Notes: generated by a model not told the origin, from the sequence alone. 64,000 nucleotides of DNA from Octopus vulgaris (GCA_951406725.2 OX597825.1:17112001-17176000), one strand, 5' to 3'; numbered from the stretch's first letter, positions 26,922 to 38,798 are shown. Translations and numbers: made by a program.

Positions 26922-27520
26922 GAATGTAGATTTGTATATATGTGTGTGTCTGTGTGTATAGTGCTATAGAAATATATGATTAGGGAAACTTGTGTCTGAA
27001 TATAGTATTTATTGTTTAGTAAATGTAGGAGGTAAAAAAAATCTAGGTTCAAAGAGCGAAATGTTTTGTCCTCAGAAAAAAAAAATGAGTTGTTTTTTTG
27101 AAAAACTAATGTGAATCGAAGGTTATTGAATCAGTGACCGTGTATATTATTTGCTTGGCCAATTTTATACTAAAGAAAAATTCTATATGTATATCTTCGT
27201 AAATAATATCTAATAATGATAATAATGATAATAAAGATACTTCTAAAGATTGCAACAAACATCAATTTCAAAACAATCCGATGAACTAACGTTTTCAGAA
27301 AATTGGTGACAGACTCAAAGAAAGTATGAATGTTGAAGACATAATTTCGGAAGAAGGGCTATCATTTATAAATTTTTTGCCAATAATGTAAAAGAACCCA
27401 GTGTCTTGTTTAACCTATATGAAACTTTTTTTGTATACTCAAACGTTTATAGGAATATTGTGTTAATTTAAATGGAGTCTTACAGGTATAAGCTGCCGTT
27501 TGTAATTTGTAAATATATTG

Positions 27521-27551
<31 letters not shown>

Positions 27552-27554
<3 letters not shown>

Positions 27555-27757
27555 TGCAGCGTGGAAGGTGTTCATAAGCCATTTAAGAAACACACAAAAA
27601 CCATTAGATACACTTCAACATTGAAATTTAATTTGCCAAAATATTTTCGTCGCTTTGAGACCGCGACCTATTCACTGTCAAAATTCCGTACTGTAATTAT
27701 TTTCGTTCTAGCACACGATCTCAGATCAGGCCACTTGCTATACATGTATATCTTCGT
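27552..27757 (-). mobile_element. Penelope-like pLTR element family E (copy 1)
   Basis: Clear similarity along ~200 bp to 49413-49630; carries a hammerhead motif. Confidence 0.65.
27632..27682 (-). ncRNA. Variant minimal type I hammerhead (core GUGAAUA)
   Basis: Minus: TTTGaCA GTGAATA G GTCGC-ggtctcaaa-GCGAC GAAA ATAT T T TGgCAAA. Confidence 0.55.
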
Positions 27758-27854
27758 AATAATAATAATATTAATAATGATAATAATGATAATAATAATA
27801 CAGTTTACATGTATCTTGAGCAATCTCACATTCAATACTAAATATACATGCGAC

Positions 27855-28010
27855 GATATGCTGGCAGAATCGTTAGCACGCCGAGCAAAATGTTTCGCGG
27901 CATTTCGTCCGTCTTCACGTTTTGATTTCAAATTCCACTCAGGTAGATTAAATAGGTACTGGGGACGACACAATTAACTCATCCCAATCCTGGCCTTTTG
28001 CCAAAATTTG
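27855..28010 (+). mobile_element. Old SINE family B
   Basis: gctggcagaatcgttagcacgccg head, diverged body. Confidence 0.65.
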
Positions 28011-28112
28011 AATGCATCATTAAATGTAGTTGAATCTAAAACAAATGAGAATTACGCGCTCATTAATTAGCTAACATTGGATTTAGAATCTTTTTCTGTA
28101 TTTGCTAAAATA

Positions 28113-28331
28113 ACAGGCGGTGATGAAAAGTTCCTCGCTTTAAAGTTATCGCGAAAGGACTGGTTGGACACCCAGCATTCCGAGTTCTTTCATAACGCTT
28201 AGAAAAACTGAGGGACCGTTGCAGTAAGTGTGTGTATCTAAGAGGGAAATATGTTGAATAAAATCATAGTTAACTGATCCTCCTCTATTTTCATTTACTA
28301 AAAAAGCCAAGCAATTTTCAGCATCTCCTCG
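28113..28331 (+). mobile_element. Mariner-derived MITE
   Basis: TIRs caggcggtgatgaaaagttcctcgcttt / aaagccaagcaattttcagcatctcctcg with flanking TA; internal KCVYLRGKYVE* mariner C-terminus. Confidence 0.75.
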
Positions 28332-28439
28332 TAATTCACTAAAGACGGAGTTTAATCAGTCTAAAATCGAATAGTCAAGGTTATTCTCGGTGATCAACGA
28401 ATTACTGAGAATTTATCAGAGTCAATGAAATAATGACTG

Positions 28440-28760
28440 CCTCACGCAGTTTCATCAGGAAGATCGAGGAACGATAATGTGTTTTTGTCTTTTAGCTGGA
28501 TCCAAGAGAGGAATGCTTGCAAGAAAATGAAGTCCATTAAATGAATGCAAGGAGCACTTAATATTATTAAATGGGGAAATGGATCAAGTAAAAAACGTGA
28601 GAACGTAGAACGTGAAATATCCGAAAGAAGTACAGAATGCCTCTCGTTAAGTGTTCTAACTGGTCCATCGCCTTGCACTGATCCATTTGCTTTTCAACCA
28701 TGAAAATTTGAAATATTGATTGCAACAGCTTAAATAGTAGGTTAATTAATAGCGTTACCA
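28440..28760 (-). mobile_element. Decayed Penelope-like reverse transcriptase fragment
   Basis: Remnants KQMDQCKAM (Q.DG.AMG) and KDKNTLSFLDL (E.NN.LPFLD). Confidence 0.35.
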
Positions 28761-28879
28761 TCATCATCGTCTAATCATGTTCATTACTGTTTCTTGTACT
28801 AGGATTCATAGAGACACCTACTTTGTTTCTATAATTTATTAGTGACCCCGATCACATAAATTTTCCTAAAATGGACCCC

Positions 28880-29015
28880 AGCCCGTCGCACTGTTGTGCA
28901 TTTGCAAATGAATGGACTGAGGTAAAGTAAACTGAAATCTTTAGCTTAAGGACGCCCTCCGTGGAAATCGAAGCCACTACCTTACGTACAGCAATCTCTA
29001 CCCTCACCCTCAGAC
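28880..29015 (-). mobile_element. Very old CORE-like SINE fragment
   Basis: gaatggactgagg...gaaatctttagcttaaggac...ggaaatcgaa resembles family D. Confidence 0.4.
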
Positions 29016-29656
29016 AACGGACATTCATTTAGATAAGGTGGTAAAATTTAAGCCATCAGTTTCTAATACTACTTGTATGACTGAAAAGATTCGCTGAGAA
29101 TCGAAACCAAAACTCTGGCTTCTTGCAAATAACGCTTTTTATACTCCGAATTCGTTTAAAGCTTATAAATTCTTACGCGATAATTACTTTGAATTTACGC
29201 CCAAGTACACAAATATTATATAAATACGATAATATCAATTTCCCAAGAATATTATGGAAATAAATCAAACGAATAATATGCTAAAACCAATCTTAATTAA
29301 GATTCTGTTCGTGAAGAACTTAACGCTACAACGACAATTAATAGATTTGTCAGACGTATTTATGAAGCGTGAGTTTTCTTGTCACACAGTTTTGGAGTCA
29401 ATCACCTTCCTACAGAAATTAAAGCTAAATTTGCTTCCACCAGATTCGAAACTGGATCGAATTTACTTAATACACTATTTTCTTTCCTCGATACTTTACG
29501 AAAAAGGAACTGAAATGAAAAGTTTTGATATCGTCATATTTGCATGTGAATTAACTACTGGAAGCACGATAAAGGAGAACGCGACAATACCTTCTTGCGT
29601 ACGTTCTAGGGTATACTACACATATATATATATATATGAATATATATATATATATT

Positions 29657-29951
29657 TCACCGTGACCGATCAGGCTATAAGATGTTGTTACACATCGCTG
29701 GTCACAATGCGCTTCGCATTTTTTTTTTGGCTTTAAATGATGCCACCCCGCTGGCTAAGCGAGCAGGCCAACAGAAGAAAGTGAGAGAAAGTTGTGGCAA
29801 AAGAGTACAGCAGGGATCGCCACCACCCCCTGCCGGAGCCCCGTGGAGCTTTAGGTGTTTTCGCTCAATAAACACTCACAAGGCCCGGTCTGGGAATTGA
29901 AACCGCGATCCTACGACCGCGAGTCCGCTGCCCTAACCACTGGGCTATTGC
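29657..29951 (-). mobile_element. tRNA-derived SINE family C with tail type 2
   Basis: Head gcccagtggttagggcagcggactcgcggtcgtaggatcgcggtttcaattcccagacc (tRNA-Arg-like) plus the shared body. Confidence 0.85.
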
Positions 29952-29959
29952 CAAATGAA

Positions 29960-30307
29960 AACAAGTTGGTGCTGCGGCTGTGTATGAATGCTGGCCAGAA
30001 GTGTTGAGATCATATGGATAATTATAGGGTTCGGTGTCATGCTATACCTCTGGAAATGTTCCACAATTTCACCAGCATCAATTTTGGGTCTCGTAATACC
30101 CCCAATTGTAACCCTGTGTTTTACTATATATGACGCGTGGTTTAAAAAGGTACCAACCACATTGCCTGCAACAACGAGGAGGAGCTCCTGACCAAGATCA
30201 AGGAAGTGCTCAAACTCCTTCGCTGAGAAATAGAGAGGAATGCCCGCAAAAGGATCCGAAAACGTTATTAAGACCGGGGTGAAAATTATTGGCGACTACT
30301 TTGAATA
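29960..30307 (+). mobile_element. Decayed maT/DD37D-like transposase 3' fragment
   Basis: TPNCNPVFYYI...CNNEEELLTKIKEV...GDYFE*; parallels 56520-56790. Confidence 0.55.
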
Positions 30308-30342
30308 AACTGCTATCTCTCTGCCTCAATGGAGTTGATATT

Positions 30343-30745
30343 TGGATCTTTTCGGTTTGAACGGCATTTTAAAAAAATAATTTCCACGTAACTAAACACT
30401 TTTAAGCATCGTATACTGGTAGAATGTGTTTATAAAACATCTTTTTCTCTTGGCTTTATTGAGAAAATTTTATAGTTTTTAAGATATTTGTTGTTTTTGT
30501 TCTTCAATTTCTGCAATTTCAACCAATCAATGACGTCTATTGAGGTGAAAACATTCTGTGCCGTATGAATATGTCCCTCGATTAAGAAACAGACTGGGGT
30601 TATTTACATTTCCGAAGAAAAAAAGATACCCTTCCCCGCACCCCTAACCCTAACCATAACTAACCCTAGCCCTAAAACAGATTGAAATGCAATAGATCGA
30701 TACTAGGGTCATAATTATGAGTGACAAAAAAATTATTTTTTGGTG
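30343..30745. mobile_element. Non-autonomous DNA-type repeat containing (CCCTAA)n
   Basis: Starts ggatcttttcggtttgaacggca; imperfect ccctaa units at ~30642-30675; no matching right terminus seen. Confidence 0.4.
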
Positions 30746-30909
30746 AGATATTGCGGTTACTGTTTTGCAAGCAGTCCAAATTTCTGCGAGCACACTGTAT
30801 ATATGTATGCATATACATATGAGGATGGGTATATACATATAGTTTATATGCGCATGTTTATTTGCGTGTCTTCCAATGTGTCTCAGTATTCGTTTGAATT
30901 TTCGTATAT

Positions 30910-31340
30910 ACATTTTAGTATGCAAATATGCACATGCTTGCAAACGCTTCCCTCAACCGCTTCCATGGTCTACATGTATAGAAACTCCTTTGTCATCGGT
31001 TTGCTTTCAATTCCATTTGGAAATAATTATATTTGTTATTTGCCAATTTTCTCACGCAGAAGAATTATTAATGAAATTTGTAAATATTCTCAGTTATCCA
31101 TCATTCACTCATTCCGACACCAGATACTTGTTCGTAATATGAGGCACATCCAACTAAGACTGCTAGGTTTCACATGAAATAATGCAATCAACACAGAATT
31201 TATAATTATACTTATGAATATGTATTTCATGACACATAAAGAAATGTAACCATGGAATACATCCCAGAAAATCCTCAAACAAACTACAGATGTTGCTATA
31301 AGCGATCTTATACGATTTTACGATACTACTTGTACTTAAA
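30910..31340 (+). repeat. ~420 bp direct repeat, copy 1 (copy 2 at 33540-33938); possibly a decayed RTE RT
   Basis: Long colinear matches, e.g. agaagaattattaatgaaatt...aaatattctcagttatccatcattca and cacatccaactaagactg.taggtttcacatgaaata. Confidence 0.85.
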
Positions 31341-31494
31341 TAACGATTAGGACATGTTAAATGCGCAGTGTCGCCAGTTGTATTTTTGTATCTGAACAAT
31401 TATTTACGAAGTAAGACAATCAATATTCTGTTTTCTCACGAATTATTTTTGTTGTTGTTCTTCTTGTCGCTGTTTTTGTTGTTATTTTTTTTAT

Positions 31495-31700
31495 TAAGAC
31501 AGCAAACCGGCAGAATCGTAAGGATACAGGAGAAAATGCTTAACAGCATATCGTACGTCTTAACGCTCTGAGTTCAAATTCCCACCGAAATTGTCTTTGC
31601 CATTCGTCATTTCGGTGTAGATTAATTAAGTACCAGTAATACGCTGAGGAAGATGTAATCGACTAGTACCCGCACTCCAAATTTCAGGCTCAGTGCCTCT
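31495..31700 (+). mobile_element. Old SINE family B whose tail runs into (TTA)n
   Basis: ggcagaatcgtaag...ctgagttcaaattcc...aaatttcaggctcagtgcct followed directly by attattatt. Confidence 0.75.
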
Positions 31701-31713
31701 ATTATTATTATTA

Positions 31714-31778
<65 letters not shown>

Positions 31779-31940
31779 GCCTTTGCACAACTTCTAACGC
31801 TGGAGATGTACTACAGCGTCAGCTGTTAACTACCAGTGAACTAAGGAAACACCTCTTATTTTTCGATCACCTTCCGGAGAATTCGAGCGGTTCCAAGCAG
31901 TGCTGTTTACTACAAGAGCTCCACACTTATTGCATCCACC
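31779..31940 (-). mobile_element. R4/Dong-like 3' terminal fragment 1
   Basis: Minus: ISVELL**TALLGTARILRKVIEK* plus short 3' UTR; (TAA)n on both sides. Confidence 0.85.
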
Positions 31941-31952
31941 TTATTATTATTA

Positions 31953-31993
<41 letters not shown>

Positions 31994-32043
31994 TATTATT
32001 ATTATTATTATTGTTATTATTATTATTATTATCATTATTATTA

Positions 32044-32091
<48 letters not shown>

Positions 32092-32092
<1 letters not shown>

Positions 32093-32612
32093 ATGAAAAC
32101 TCAAAGCTTATTTGCTGGGTATAACGGAAAGTTTCAGCTGTCCACAGCCCGCAGACTAAGGTGATACTTATTTACTGGTCATGCTTCAACTACCCTGCGA
32201 AGAATTCTTGCAGTTCCAGGCAATGCTGATTTTTGTAGGTGTATTACCTTAACACTTGCACCAATATTTTTCAGCCATGTTGGTAGTTTAGTGCTGATAC
32301 TTCCAACTGCACCAATTACAATTGCTATCACGTCTACTATCTTCATTGACCACAACCTTCGCATTTCCCACTTCAAATCGTCATAGTTGTTAATTTTTTC
32401 TTCTTTCACATTAATCCTGTTGTCACTGGGGTACGCTATATCGATTGTCATACATGTTATACATGTTATATTCACCACAACAATGTCCGGTTTCCGATGT
32501 TTGGTCGGATGATCGAACTGGATCATTGCATCCCACAGGATTTCTATTTTTCGGTAACTCCTTCCGGAATTTTCTCATACTACACCTTTGTTCTGTTTTT
32601 GTTTGCTTTGTA

Positions 32613-32615
<3 letters not shown>
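32092..32615 (-). mobile_element. R4/Dong-like 3' fragment 2 (restriction-like endonuclease)
   Basis: ORF 32179-32526: RKPDIVVV...IDIA...KEEKINNYDDLKWEMRRLW...IVIGAVG...GTARILRRV; (TAA)n on both sides. Confidence 0.9.
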
Positions 32616-32676
<61 letters not shown>

Positions 32677-32679
<3 letters not shown>

Positions 32680-32892
32680 TAGATTTATTTTTATAGCGTG
32701 CTTTCACTTCACTACCGAGCGCAGCTCTGTGTGCCTTAGGTATGTGCTGTGATTTGTTGTGATGCTCTGATGGTTATTGTATGGAAAGTGTTCTGCGTAG
32801 GATGTGTGCAGTGCCTAGTAGTGCAATTTTCTGTATGTTATATGTGTTTGTAAGTCCTGGTGTTTTTTGTTATGTATTTGTCTGAATATTTG
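32677..32892 (-). mobile_element. R4/Dong-like 3' terminal fragment 3
   Basis: Minus: TPGLTNTYNIQKIALLGTAHILRRTLSIQ*; (TAA)n on both sides. Confidence 0.88.
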
Positions 32893-32939
32893 TATTATTA
32901 TTATTATTATTATTTTTCATAGTAGTAGTAGTAGTAGTA

Positions 32940-33480
32940 TTGTGCCTGTTGTGTTCCTCATATAAAGTCAGTACCACGCGAAGCTATCCAGGGGAGATAT
33001 TAACCCGAAGTTTGGTGTCAACATTTCCCTTCCCCCCCAAAAAAACAGAACAAACTATTGATCCTTGCAAAATAAAAATAGATCGATTGTGCCAGTTGGC
33101 AATATCTGTTTCAATGCCAGTAGCATTTAGCCTCTTAGGAAGCGGTCCGATTGAATTCCTGAATGCTACAATTAGAGCAATGACAGTTTTCTCGCCTCTT
33201 TCCGTTAGCCATTGAATTGTATCAATGATCAGCAGATGCCGTATCACAAAGTGTTTATATCTAAACCAATATATACGTCTTAGCACTGTTTATTCGTCAC
33301 GGAGGGAACCAAATGTAATCGAAACACTGGAGATACAGCGACGTTCTGTGGAGTATCCAATGTCTGTCATACATAATTCTTTTTCAGAGGCTTCCCCGAG
33401 AGTGGATATTAGAGATAATGCCGTTCAGATTTGAGTAGACGTTAAAAATATTATATACACAGATCTCTTAACGTGAGGTT
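32940..33480 (-). mobile_element. Old R4/Dong-like 3' fragment 4
   Basis: Ordered remnants LKSE..GII, VLRRIYW (..IHW), LLIID, LPKRLNATGIETDI, FARI. Confidence 0.6.
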
Positions 33481-33539
33481 AAGATATAAATTGAATTCTA
33501 ACTTCGCATTCGAGCAAATCACTAAAACTTTCCTTATTC

Positions 33540-34140
33540 ACATTTTATATATGCACATGCTTGGAAACACTTCTCTCAGACACTTCCATGGTCTACATGT
33601 ACATATACTCCTTTGTCATCGGTTTGTTTTCAGTTCTATTTGGAAATAATTATATTTATTATTTGCCAATTTTCTCACCCAGAAGAATTATTAATGAAAT
33701 TATAAATATTCTCAGTTATCCATCATTCATTCATATCTGTTGCTTGTTCCCAATATGTGGCACATCCAACTAAGACTGTTAGGTTTCACATGAAATACTG
33801 TAATCAACAGAGAATATATAATTATATCTATGAATATGTGTCACTTTGAAAATAAAGAAATAAAATACATCCCAGAAAAGCTACAGATGTGGTTATAAGC
33901 GACCTGACACGGTTTACAATATTGCTGGTATTTAATGTTGATGCGAACAGGAAAGATAGAACACAAAAAGCTTTCAGAACTTCTGTCGCTGTTGAGTACT
34001 CGCCATTTGTGAACAAACCAGATATACAAGATATATTCTCCTTGACAAAACGTAGTGAGTAGCTTCTTCCCCAGTTCGAACGTACAACAAGCATATTCGG
34101 ACTAATAATAACTTGGGAAATATGGTGCTAAACCCTGTTA
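33540..34140 (+). mobile_element. Decayed RTE-like RT fragment (includes copy 2 of the 420 bp repeat)
   Basis: Remnants LVFN, ELL.A and PQFER...IFGLII resembling RTE RT (ELLFADD...F..A...FGL.I). Confidence 0.4.
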
Positions 34141-34251
34141 TTTAAATGAGTTTTCCCACGGACACCTTTTAATATGCTTATGCTTATGTGTGTATGTTTG
34201 TTGACAAATCGTGTGTACACACCTAGATAATCTCGCAGCCCCACCTACCTA

Positions 34252-34303
34252 GTGTGTGAGATGCCAGCATTTCGGAATAGTTATCGCCTCATCAGTCATA
34301 GAC
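34252..34303 (-). ncRNA. Type I hammerhead motif with intact catalytic core
   Basis: Minus: GTcTaTGA CTGATGA GGcgataactattCC GAAA TGC-tg-GCA T C TCAcAcAC; core and UC site intact, stems I and II imperfect. Confidence 0.65.
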
Positions 34304-34449
34304 ACCATGCACAGGATGCTACGAGCTGAATTAAGAGACAACCTCTCTTATAATTTTCCAGTCACCATACGGTGACTGGTAGTATTATAAGATCACTCAC
34401 CGTAAGAAAATTACGAAGGGAGAGCGCTAAGCTATGATAAGTGAAATTG

Positions 34450-34590
34450 CAATGTTATTATCAGTCCGAATATGTTTGCTGCACGTTCAAACTGGGGAAG
34501 AAACGACTCAACGCATTTTGTCACTGAGAATATATCTTGCTTGTTGACATTCGTTTTGTTTCCACAGATGTTTTTTGTGTATCCTTTGTT
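34450..34590 (-). repeat. Inverted copy of 34028-34115 (RTE-like segment)
   Basis: Reverse complement caagatatattctc..tgacaaaa...ttcttccccagtt.gaacgt.ca.caa.catattcggact.ataataac matches 34028-34115. Confidence 0.85.
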
Positions 34591-34711
34591 GTATTTGTTT
34601 TATTGTTGTCTATAATAAGAAACGTAAAATCCTACCTGTCTGAGACCCAAGAATCTCGATCTATATTTGGTCTACATAGAAATGTTATACCATTTTGGAA
34701 TCATTTTGGAA

Positions 34712-35128
34712 AAGCGGCGAGCTGGCAGAAACGTTAGCATGCCGGGTGAAATGCATAGCGGCATTTCGTTTGCCGTTACGTTCTGAGTTCAAATTCCGCC
34801 GAGATCGACTTTGCCTTACATCCTTTCAGGGTCGATAAATTAAGTACCAGTTACGCACTAGAGTCGATATAATCGACTTAATCCGTTTGTCTGTCCTTGT
34901 GTGTCCTCTCTGTGTTTAGCCCCTTGTGGGTAGTAAAGAAATAGGTATTTCGTCTGCCATTACGTTCTGAGCTCACATTCCGCTGAGGTCGACTTTCCCT
35001 TTCATCCTTTCTGGTTCAATTAAATAAGTACCAGTTACGCACTGGGGTCGATGTAATCGACTTAATCCCTTTGTCTGTCTTTGTTTGTCCCCTCTATGTT
35101 TAGCCCCTTGTGGGCAATAAATAAATAT
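34712..35128 (+). mobile_element. SINE family B tandem dimer
   Basis: Full unit, then a second unit starting at ggtatttcgtctgcc directly after aaagaaata. Confidence 0.9.
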
Positions 35129-35571
35129 ATACCATTTTGGAATCAAGATGATTCCTGAATTGAAAATCTGTCCTTCATTTTGTTCTTGAACATCCAAGAC
35201 TGGAATCTGATTAAAAAGCATTTGGTTTGCTATTTCTTGCTGGTAAAGCGCTTGGCTGATAAATAGCATTCGCTTCGTTAGGTTTATGTCGAAATAAGAA
35301 CTTTAGAACAAAGTTACCAGCAGCTGAAATTCAAATTCAGATTGGAACAATTGAATGAGTGCATTCTCACCCTTCCTTAACCTCTGATCAAACTCCACAC
35401 GGGCATATAGTCATTATAGACGAATTACAGTCAGCCTATTTAGCCGCAGGTCCAATTAGCCTTGTCTAAAAGCCTGCAGAGAGTGCGGTTTTTAAGCTAG
35501 TACATAATAATTTTGGAATTACTTATAGGAATATTTGTACTGTTGGGCCCTCGCGTTGGAAAGTTATGTTA

Positions 35572-35858
<287 letters not shown>

Positions 35859-35879
35859 ATTTATATATATATGTATGTG

Positions 35880-35981
35880 TGTGTGTTTGTGTATCTGTGC
35901 TTTTCCCCAACATCACCGTAACTTAGCGGTTCGGCAAAAAAGACCGATAGAATAAGTACTAGGCTCACAAAGAATAAGTCC
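35880..35981 (+). mobile_element. SINE family A internal fragment
   Basis: ccgtaacttagcggttcggcaaaaaagaccgatagaataagtactagg. Confidence 0.75.
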
Positions 35982-37201
35982 TGCAGAGAGTGCGGTTTTT
36001 AAGACAGTACGTAATAATGTTGGAGTTATATAGAGTTATATTGGAGTTGTATATAGAGGAATATTTTTACTGTTGGCGTCTCTCGTTGGAACGTTCTGTT
36101 TAAATGCTTCAAGATATAAACGTAGTAAATTTACGTGGGTAGAATGTCGCTGGAAATTATGCATGTAGTATAGAAGCATACGTCTCACACGTATAGGTAT
36201 GTCATATTTTATATTTGTGACATGATAATCAATTATGATTTTTCTGTTTATATTGCCATTACTTCCGTCGAATACCCTATTATGTGTTTTTTTCCCCTTT
36301 AATGTAGATATTTGCACGATCCTACGTTTTATGCACGAGATTCAAACTCCCTATTATTCGTGATGAGCTGAATGTTAACATTTAATTTGTATTATTTGTC
36401 GTATTTGTGCAGCATTACGGAATCTCCAGGTGCTAATATGAACATGCCATGATATCTTGTTTACAAGTGCTATCAAATCATCGACTGCTACGAACATTTG
36501 TAATGCAACAAATATTTATATGAGATTATGGACGGAAATTTTACAAATATTAGTGACAAAATTAACCTTCAATTATTTCTTTCTTTTTTACATTTCGTGT
36601 TCTTGCTTTGTAATAATTATTATTGAAAATGATTTGAAAGGCAGATACAATGCATTATCAAATATTTTTGTTAATATTATTGATGTTGGTATTATTTTAG
36701 TTGTTTTTGTTTTATACGGGTGTTCCCACATTTATCCACCAAATTATTTTGTAAGGTAAAATTGATGTTTTTGAAACAAAGGAGGTAAAATACTGAGGAT
36801 TTAGACTTTGTAAAAAAAAGTTGTAACAGCAGCGATTCCTGAAAGATTTAAAAAGTGTTAATATTCTCACGTTAACGGCAGTAGTTTCAGAACTGTATCA
36901 ATGACTGTGATTCTGATTTGAAGTCCTAACAATTTTGGTTTTCTTGATAATTAGCTATGATAATTAGGGGTGCCATTTCATATTTCAATATATTTTATAC
37001 GTGATGTTAGGTTATATGGAGGTATACGTTTCCCCACTTTTGGGGGCAAGTGTGTATATATATGTATATATATATGTAAATGTAAAAAAGTACAACTGGG
37101 ACAAGAACGTGAAACATTTAGAAGGCGATACAAAAATCACGGACGGGACATTCGAAGCCTTCAATCTTCAGTCAAGAACCGGATCATCTTCGCAATTTCG
37201 G

Positions 37202-37264
<63 letters not shown>

Positions 37265-37315
37265 GTATGTATACACACACACACACAAACACACATATAT
37301 ATATATGTATGTCTT

Positions 37316-37365
<50 letters not shown>

Positions 37366-37826
37366 TATACGACCGGCTCCTTTCAGTTTCCGTCGACTAA
37401 ATCCATTCACAAGGCTTTGGTCGGCGGAGGGTATAGAAGACGACACTGAACACGGAACCATGTGTTTGAGAAGCAAGCTTCATATCACACTCGGGTCTCT
37501 GTATAAATATTCTTTTATAATTTTTCTTTTATTCTTTTATTTGTTTCAGTCATTGGAAGGCGCCCATTCTAAAGCACCGTCTTTAGTCGAACAAATCGAC
37601 CACCGGACTTGTTCTTTGTAAGCCTACAACTTATTATATCGATCTCTTTTGCCGAACCGCTAGATTACGGAGATGGTGGGTGGAAAAACACAGACGCACA
37701 AACATATATATACGATTCCTGGCTTTCACCCAGGCGGCCCGGATTCGATTCCCGGCATGGGAATGTTATGTTAAAGGCGGGGCTCCAGCATGGCCACAGT
37801 CAAAATGACTGAAACAAGTAAAAAGA

Positions 37827-37891
<65 letters not shown>

Positions 37892-37982
37892 TGCGACGCA
37901 GTGGGACAAAACCCTGAACCATACAGTTTGTAAGCAAGCTACTTTACCACACAGCCACTCTTGCGCTTCCACCACACCTGCG

Positions 37983-37985
<3 letters not shown>
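37366..37985 (-). mobile_element. Jumbled SINE family A fragments (heads 37366-37490 and 37890-37985, tail 37530-37712)
   Basis: Reverse-complement matches to family A head, body and tail. Confidence 0.75.
37714..37763 (+). pseudogene. 5'-truncated tRNA-Glu(TTC) fragment
   Basis: gatt CCTGG-ct TTC ac-CCAGG cggc ccgga TTCGATT cccgg catgggaa: anticodon arm, T arm and 3' acceptor strand of tRNA-Glu; D arm and 5' acceptor missing. Confidence 0.8.
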
Positions 37986-38044
<59 letters not shown>

Positions 38045-38724
38045 TATTTCCTTACTCAACATTTTCTATACACTTGCATATTACTCTTATCAACAGCGAG
38101 ATAACTTTATAATTATCACATCTTGTGAAGGGACCATAACCTCCCTTTCTCTTCCACTCATATTCTTATCATTATTTTTTATTATTAGACCATGATATTT
38201 CGTTTATTGCATGCATTTTGAGTGCCATGTGGCATGACTAAACTTTGTGAGCCTCAAATGCATAAAGTGTTTTCCTGTTTGACTATTATAATGCCATTTG
38301 CAAACATTTATCTGTTTATCCATGCAGCTACAAGTGGGCGGTGTTAACTGAAAATCTTAGAGAAGCATCATTATTTCCAGGTGATACTCTCATCAAATGT
38401 TCAAAAATAACAGTTTCCCAGGAACTGAGTTTAGAACATTCACCGGAAGAAGTAAAAAAGGAGAAACAGTCAAATAGACAAAAAGACAGGCTGAGTTGTA
38501 CAACGACATGAATATCATTAATTTATAAGCAGATCCAACGAAACTTCACGGGAAAAGAATGGAAATAGCAGAATAGGATTTGATAAAAAAAACTAAATCA
38601 TGCCGTTTGCTCTTCGATAGAAATAGAAACGGTGGGGCTGTTTATCCCCCTCAACACAGGTTTTAAAAAATGTGAAAAATATAGTAAGAGTTCCTGATCT
38701 TCAGCACTTAACGTGCATGGAATG

Positions 38725-38745
38725 TGTAGTTGTAGCAGCAGCAGC

Positions 38746-38783
<38 letters not shown>

Positions 38784-38798
38784 CAAGAAGTGGTTGAT

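Noticed and set aside
29254-29736. 160 aa ORF as a host gene
   Set aside because: Runs through a TA repeat and a SINE tail; no domain recognised.
31700-32915. Repeat-spacer pattern as a CRISPR-like array
   Set aside because: The repeats are variable-length microsatellites and the spacers are retrotransposon 3' ends; eukaryotic context with no cas genes.
37140-37205. CTGAAGA and GAAA on the minus strand as a hammerhead
   Set aside because: No stem I and wrong motif order; probably a truncated repeat fragment.
38400-38710. Plus-strand Dong remnant (IETVGLF)
   Set aside because: A single weak motif, and the orientation conflicts with the adjacent array.
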